A stretch of 64,000 bases of DNA from the NCBI GenBank assembly GCA_964016885.1, contig OZ024745.1, forward strand, positions 47,120,001 through 47,184,000. The letters run 5' to 3'. The notes beneath the pieces are model-generated. The model had not been told where the DNA came from. It saw only the letters and a list, made by a program, of their open reading frames with translations, and did no database searches. The stretch comes from Eledone cirrhosa. Its lineage: Eukaryota. The translations under genes and the position numbers were made by a program. Shown piece by piece: positions 60,001-64,000 of this stretch (positions are counted from its first letter, which is position 1; each line of letters begins with the position of its first letter).

Positions 60001-60286
60001 TCACACCAGCACTACCACCTTACAGTGTGAACTAGGAGCATTTTATCATGACACCAGCACTATCACCTTACAGTGTGAACTGGGAACATTTTATCATGAC
60101 ACCAGCACTACCACCTTACAGTGTGAACTGGGAACATGTTATCATGACACCAGCACTACCACCTTACAGTGTGAACTGGGAGCATTTTATCATGACACCA
60201 GCACTACCACCTTACAGTGTGAACTAGGAGCATGTTATCATGACACCAGCATTACCACCTTACAGTGTGAACTAGGAGCATTTTAT
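1..60286. repeat. Giant tandem array of a 48-bp monomer, about 1,256 units, truncated by the left window edge
   Basis: Continuous head-to-tail TTATCATGACACCAGCACTACCACCTTACAGTGTGWACTRGGARCATK. The ATG of TCATGACACC falls at 15, 831, 59472 and 60240. Its phase shifts by 15 bp between 831 and 59472, matching 15 visible single-base deletions. No inversion or foreign insertion noticed. Confidence 0.99.
10036..32240. repeat. Near-identical 11,085-bp tandem duplication inside the array (231 monomers minus 3 deleted bases)
   Basis: ORF-track pairs offset by exactly 11,085: 10430/21515, 11006/22091, 12205/23290, 14845/25930, 18732/29817, 20843/31928. Rare markers recur in the same order. Junction near 21120. 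Confidence 0.93.
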
Positions 60287-60460
60287 AACGACACTGACAC
60301 CAGCACTACTATCTTATAGATGGCAGGCTGATTTTTATCAGGCACCAGCACTACTACTTTACAGAGTGGACTGGGTTCAATTTATCATGGCACCAGCACT
60401 ACCTCCTTATAAATGGACAGGGTTATTTTTATCATGGCACCAGCACTACCTCATTATAAT
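60287..60460. repeat. Four diverged terminal monomers of the 48-bp repeat
   Basis: CACCAGCACTAC recurs at 60298, 60343, 60391 and 60438 (spacing 45, 48, 47 bp), with diverged intervening segments such as ATAGATGGCAGGCTGATTTT and ACAGAGTGGACTGGGTTCAAT. Confidence 0.92.
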
Positions 60461-60741
60461 ACAAAGGTGTTTAATGTGTCCTTTGTTAGACTGTGGAAGG
60501 TGGGGACATGAGCTGCTTGGGGAAGGTCAATCAAAGAAGGTTTGTCCTAGCTTTCTAAACAGGCATTGGTTAGATGTGGAAAGGGTGACAGGGAAATTAG
60601 GAGTATACTGGTAGGGAAATAGAGACCTAAATGCTGTTCTACCTCTTTGCTTCTTTGGGTTTAAAGTAGAGGAAGATTGGTGATGGAAGAGGAAAAGTCA
60701 GGAGCAATCACATTGTTACACAGATCAACAACACTATATTG

Positions 60742-60875
60742 TAGTATGTATGTATTGTCCCATGACTCCTGATAGAGTCACAGGGGCGCCGTATTAACAT
60801 ACAGCGTTTCCTTGGCACTTTAAGCCTGGCGGATCCCATGCCTCTCCAGGCCTGAATACAACAGATTTCTTCCAG
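60742..60875 (-). mobile_element. Possible 3' end of an RTE-type retroposon
   Basis: Minus strand ends GCCCCTGTGACTCTATCAGGAGTCATGGGACAATACATACATAC: a TGACTC/GAGTCA stem-loop followed by a short (TACA)n tail, the usual layout of RTE-clade 3' ends. Family assignment is by resemblance only. Confidence 0.3.
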
Positions 60876-60886
60876 ATAGAGGAAGA

Positions 60887-60925
60887 ATCAACCCAGTACT
60901 AGACTGGTACTTTTTTATCGACCTC
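60887..60925 (-). mobile_element. Short fragment of a SINE central domain
   Basis: Minus strand GAGGTCGATAAAAAAGTACCAGTCTAGTACTGGGTTGAT resembles the GGTCGATAAAATAAGTACCAG...TACTGGGGTCGAT motif recalled from octopus SINEs; not database-checked. Confidence 0.55.
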
Positions 60926-60999
60926 ATATGTACTCATAATCCATAAAACTGTTTGCAACAAGAACAACAACACAATAACACCATCATCATCATCATCTG

Positions 61000-61097
61000 A
61001 CATTAGGAAAAGATGAAAGCCCAGTTAACTATAATGTGAAGTACTGTCTAACCCATGCTAGCATGGAAAATGGATGTAAAACGATGACGACGATGAT
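61000..61097 (+). mobile_element. SINE 3' fragment with (GAT/GAC)n tail
   Basis: TCTAACCCATGCTAGCATGGAAAATGGATGTAAAACGATGACGACGATGAT (61047-61097) aligns with the in-window copy at 63870-63930. The left boundary is approximate. Confidence 0.65.
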
Positions 61098-61205
61098 ATC
61101 TGTGTACTTAGAAACTATATAAATAATGCTCAGGTGCACTACTATTCATCAAATGTGCATGTATAGTACATAAAATAATGTAGAAATAAAGCTGTGTATA
61201 CAAAC

Positions 61206-61413
61206 CGTTTCCTTTTTATTGATAGAGTTGATAACGGTAATATTAGAGACTGTAAGGAGTTTGATCTTGAATTTTCTGATGTAGTTTCATTCTGTTCTTG
61301 GTTATATAAGATGGGATTCTGACAACCTTTTATATGGACGAATGCACGGAGCAATCGGATTGCTTCATAGAATACAGCCATCATTGCAGTCACAGCAAAC
61401 ATTACCATCAAAT
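61206..61413 (-). CDS. SLC31A: Internal coding exon of a Ctr-family (SLC31A, CTR1/CTR2-like) copper transporter: TM1 plus cytoplasmic loop
   Basis: Translation (D)LMVMFAVTAMMAVFYEAIRLLRAFVHIKG...LSIKRK(R) aligns without gaps to human CTR1 [23 protein letters not shown], including A-x-F-Y-E-x-x-[KR]-x-x-R. Acceptor TCTCTTTTAATTTCTTTTACTGTCTAG precedes 61413 and donor CG|GTTTGT follows 61206. Length 208 = 2+68x3+2, the phase 1/phase 2 boundaries recalled for the vertebrate SLC31A TM1 exon. The donor and the paralogue identity are less certain than the family. Confidence 0.82.
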
Positions 61414-61450
61414 CTAGACAGTAAAAGAAATTAAAAGAGATATGTTAATC
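61414..61450 (-). promoter_or_regulatory. 3' splice acceptor with polypyrimidine tract and candidate branch point for the SLC31A-like exon
   Basis: Minus strand GATTAACATATCTCTTTTAATTTCTTTTACTGTCTAG: TTAAC about 30 nt upstream of a pyrimidine tract ending in TAG. Confidence 0.75.
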
Positions 61451-61612
61451 CACTAAGTAGTTTGTCCCTCCTCAATATCCATAGCCCTAATATTACCCTA
61501 TCTACCATTATCACCTACTAACATTGAAGTGACATGCACTATCCATTTCTCAGACACAGATCTCTAAGCTCTCTCTTCTATTAAGACCACACTCTTTATT
61601 ACAAATTCATTT

Positions 61613-61852
61613 TCAACCCTTTCGACACCAAGCCACCTGAAACTGCTCTTTATTGTTTCAAGGTATTTATATTTATCTATATACCTTCCACAGTAATTCC
61701 ATGCAAGAACGTTTGATAAGTTATGCTCCAAACACTGGCTTAATGATGAGCAAGTTAACTTGATAACTAACTCTCTCCAAATGTTTTTTTTTTAAATTAT
61801 TTAAAACCATAGGCAGCATCTTTTCTGAGAAACGTGGTAATAAAATGGTTAA
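61613..61852. mobile_element. Degenerate MITE with TTAACCCTT/AAGGGTTAA-type ends (piggyBac-like), copy 1
   Basis: Starts TCAACCCTTTCGACACCAAGCCACCTGAAACTGCT and ends GGTAATAAAATGGTTAA. Colinear similarity to copy 2 at 62313-62648 at both ends and internally (TTATG...CCAAA...CTTAAT). Confidence 0.7.
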
Positions 61853-62312
61853 AGGTAGTGACTAAAATCCATACAGCCTACCATCTGGATATAAATAACA
61901 ACAATAACAAAGATGTCTTGTTACTCTGTCTCAATGTCTCTCTTCACCATTCCTCTAAATTCATCTACTGTCTTCAGTCTCCAAACTCTCTCAGTCACTA
62001 TGCAACAAGGACATTTATCACAAATTTCCTTTTCTGAAACTATCAACTTATACTGTTCTCACTTCAACACTGTTAGCAGGAATCAAATGATCAGCGATCC
62101 TTAACTCTTGGCAACTATTAGCCTTTCATGAACTATATCCTTGACTGACAACTCCCCCCTACATACACACACTCTTTTCACCTTTAAATACCTTCACCTT
62201 TCTATCATGGTCTTTCTTCACAAAGGATTATCGTATCACTTCAAAATTAACACAACCTTCTCGATATGTTCCTCTCACATAATGGCACCTGCCTTCCAAA
62301 CCTTCTGCTGCT

Positions 62313-62648
62313 TTAACCTTTTTGATACCAAGCTACCCAAAACTGCTTTCGGTTCTACAAAACAAAACCATCCATTTTAAAGGGTTCCTATTTAAATTAA
62401 AACCTTTCAATATAATTTTATGGAAAAAACTTGTTATGGCCTTGGAAGGATGAATGGCAAAGTTGACCTTGCATGATTTGAACTCAGAATATAAAGTGCT
62501 GTAACCAAATACTTTGAAGCATTTTGTCAGGTGCCAAAACCATCTTAATAATGAAATAATTCATAATTTTAGTAAATCTTTTTTAATTTTTCTTTAACTA
62601 ATTATAGTATAGAATATTTAATTAGAAATAGGGTGATAAAAGGGTTAA
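62313..62648. mobile_element. Degenerate TTAA-flanked MITE (piggyBac-like), copy 2, carrying a nested SINE fragment
   Basis: Starts TTAACCTTTTTGATACCAAGCTACCCAAAACTGCT and ends GGTGATAAAAGGGTTAA. TTAA at both ends with short imperfect inverted repeats; about 95 bp longer than copy 1. Confidence 0.75.
62440..62533 (-). mobile_element. tRNA-derived SINE fragment inserted in MITE copy 2
   Basis: GAAGGATGAATGGCAAAGTTGACCTTGCATGATTTGAACTCAGAATATAAAG; the minus strand has a B-box-like GAGTTCAAATC followed by GGTCAACTTTGCCATTCATCCTTC. Absent from MITE copy 1 at the equivalent site. Confidence 0.7.
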
Positions 62649-63072
62649 ATAAACTAAACTGCCAAAGACCCTCTTTTGACAATAAAGTTTTATATCTGAT
62701 ACAGATCAACATGTGGGTGATACCACCTTAGTTGTTTGTCCCTCTACATCCTTCACTCAAACAAAGCTCATACCCCAAACCCTCTAATTAAGATGCAGCT
62801 ATACAGGCGAAGAACATTCCTAATACACCAGGATGAAGACCCATAATCTATCAGTTGTCTATTAAATGCTCTAGAAGTGGCCTTAACTCTTCTATATTCG
62901 TATTCATGTATTATATCTCAAATGTTCTGCTCAACTAATCAATAATTTACATCTACAGGAATCTAATTACATAACCATCTTATGAAATGGTTGGTAAAGG
63001 ATCTATAAAGTTATCATCAGAAATTCTATCAAAGGTTCTGTTGTAATTTAAATAATAATAATGAAATTATTT

Positions 63073-63332
63073 TGTACTGTGCTCAGGTGCACTACAACTC
63101 GTCAGAGGTGGGTGATGAAAGAGATTACTGGTTGAAGTATTGCACAACAGTATCTTTTGATTTTATGATGGTTATTTGACAGGCATTACAATGGAAGTGA
63201 ACCTAGGGGGCATGATGACCTAGGAAGTAATGTCTCATTGTAATGACTGTAAAATAACCACCAAGGAAGCAAACAATACTTTGGTGCAGTATTTTAGCAA
63301 GTAATCTCTTTCATCACCCAAATTACAGTACA
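63073..63332. mobile_element. Foldback/MITE-like element with long imperfect inverted arms
   Basis: TGGGTGATGAAAGAGATTACT (63109-63129) is the exact reverse complement of AGTAATCTCTTTCATCACCCA (63300-63320). Pairing continues imperfectly inward for about 85-100 bp per arm. Outer TGTACTGT/ACAGTACA at 63073-63080 and 63325-63332. Confidence 0.7.
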
Positions 63333-63789
63333 GCCTTCAAAAGTATTTCTGCTAACCCACAGGAGTGATGCATGAGTTGGAATGGCTATTTCAATGCATC
63401 ACCCTTGATATCCTCTGAGGTAACACTTTCCCAATTCTCTCTGCTGGGGTTCTGCATGTCAAAAAGTGTTCTCCCACATTGTCCAGGCTTGTATTATTGG
63501 GGTAGCGATATCTATGACATCTGTTAACATGACACACAGAAACAATCTCTGCCCTAGTCTCCAAACTATTGCAGATTGCTGTGGTAATATTCCCCCTGTT
63601 CATTTAGAGATATATAAAATGGGGCATGTAAAATTAAACAACTTTTCCAAGAGACATAATCAAATATCTATAGAAAATTTGAACTTAAGGAACAAGACTT
63701 GCTAGTCTCAAGTCACTCACTCAACTATTTTTCATCTACAAAATATATTGTGTGTATCACAGTTTTTTTTGAATAGGTATAACATATGC

Positions 63790-63930
63790 CTGCATGTCGT
63801 AAGAAGTGATTAAAAGAGTTGTCATCAAAAAGGGCATCTGACTGTAAAACACTGCCTCAATAAGTCCCATCCAACCTATGCCAGCTTGGAAACGCAAATG
63901 TAAAAAGAAAAGAGATGGTGATGATGATGA
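63790..63930 (+). mobile_element. SINE 3' half with (GAT)n tail
   Basis: AAGGGCATCTGACTGTAAAACACTGCCTCAA...TCCAACCTATGCCAGCTTGGAAACGCAAATGTAAAA...GATGATGATGA; same family as 61000-61097 by in-window similarity. Confidence 0.65.
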
Positions 63931-64000
63931 ATATAAATTTAGCTATTTGTTTATTCTTTGCCAGGACATTATGCAGAGTTTGTAATTTAGAACAGGTTTT

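Noticed and set aside
1-60286. CRISPR-like look: 35-bp constant repeat plus 13-bp variable segment
   Set aside because: The variable segments are about 16 point variants of one 13-mer, not unique spacers. There are no cas genes or leader, and the flank has a spliced exon, SINEs and MITEs.
1-60286. Chi-like GCTGGTG and metal-response motifs in the monomer
   Set aside because: The minus strand has GCTGGTGT, only 7/8 of E. coli Chi, which has no established role in animals. No MTF-1 MRE core (TGCRCNC) is present in the consensus.
1-60286. Telomeric or centromeric identity of the array
   Set aside because: No TTAGGG/TTAGG runs, and nothing in the sequence alone supports centromere function; it adjoins a genic region.
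60366-60614. 82-aa plus-strand ORF
   Set aside because: Starts at a GTG inside the degenerate repeats and has no recognisable domain.
61142-61411. 89-aa minus-strand ORF as a stand-alone gene
   Set aside because: Better explained as an internal exon (61206-61413): a strong acceptor lies just upstream of its TTG start, and the tail after KRKR runs into repeat-derived sequence.
61834-62380. Three short plus-strand ORFs (63-79 aa)
   Set aside because: Low-complexity C/T-rich sequence, two of them overlapping MITE ends, with no family motifs.
63391-63705. Overlapping 70-aa (minus) and 79-aa (plus) ORFs; faint resemblance of the minus one (ETR...NVGEHFLTC) to a decayed GIY-YIG/Penelope endonuclease
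   Set aside because: The resemblance needs frameshifts and lacks the diagnostic motifs, so it cannot be supported without a profile search. Neither ORF resembles the upstream Ctr exon.

Overview
Eukaryotic genomic DNA; the interspersed repeats resemble Octopus-type families recalled from memory, not searched. About 94% of the window (1-60286) is one head-to-tail array of a 48-bp monomer, about 1,256 copies, already running at position 1. Consensus TTATCATGACACCAGCACTACCACCTTACAGTGTG[A/T]ACT[A/G]GGA[A/G]CAT[T/G]: a nearly invariant 35-bp core plus four biallelic sites exactly 4 bp apart, with all 16 combinations present. Rare variants reveal nested duplications (periods from 624 to 11,085 bp) and three variant domains. 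The array decays through four diverged units (60287-60460) into AT-rich unique DNA. That DNA holds a minus-strand 208-bp internal exon (61206-61413) encoding TM1 of a Ctr/SLC31A copper transporter, plus TTAA-type MITEs, SINE fragments and a foldback element. No TM2/TM3 exon was found between this exon and the array, so the array probably lies in a >61-kb intron of the transporter gene. The repetitive ORFs in the ORF track are by-products of the 48-bp period; there is no CRISPR array.
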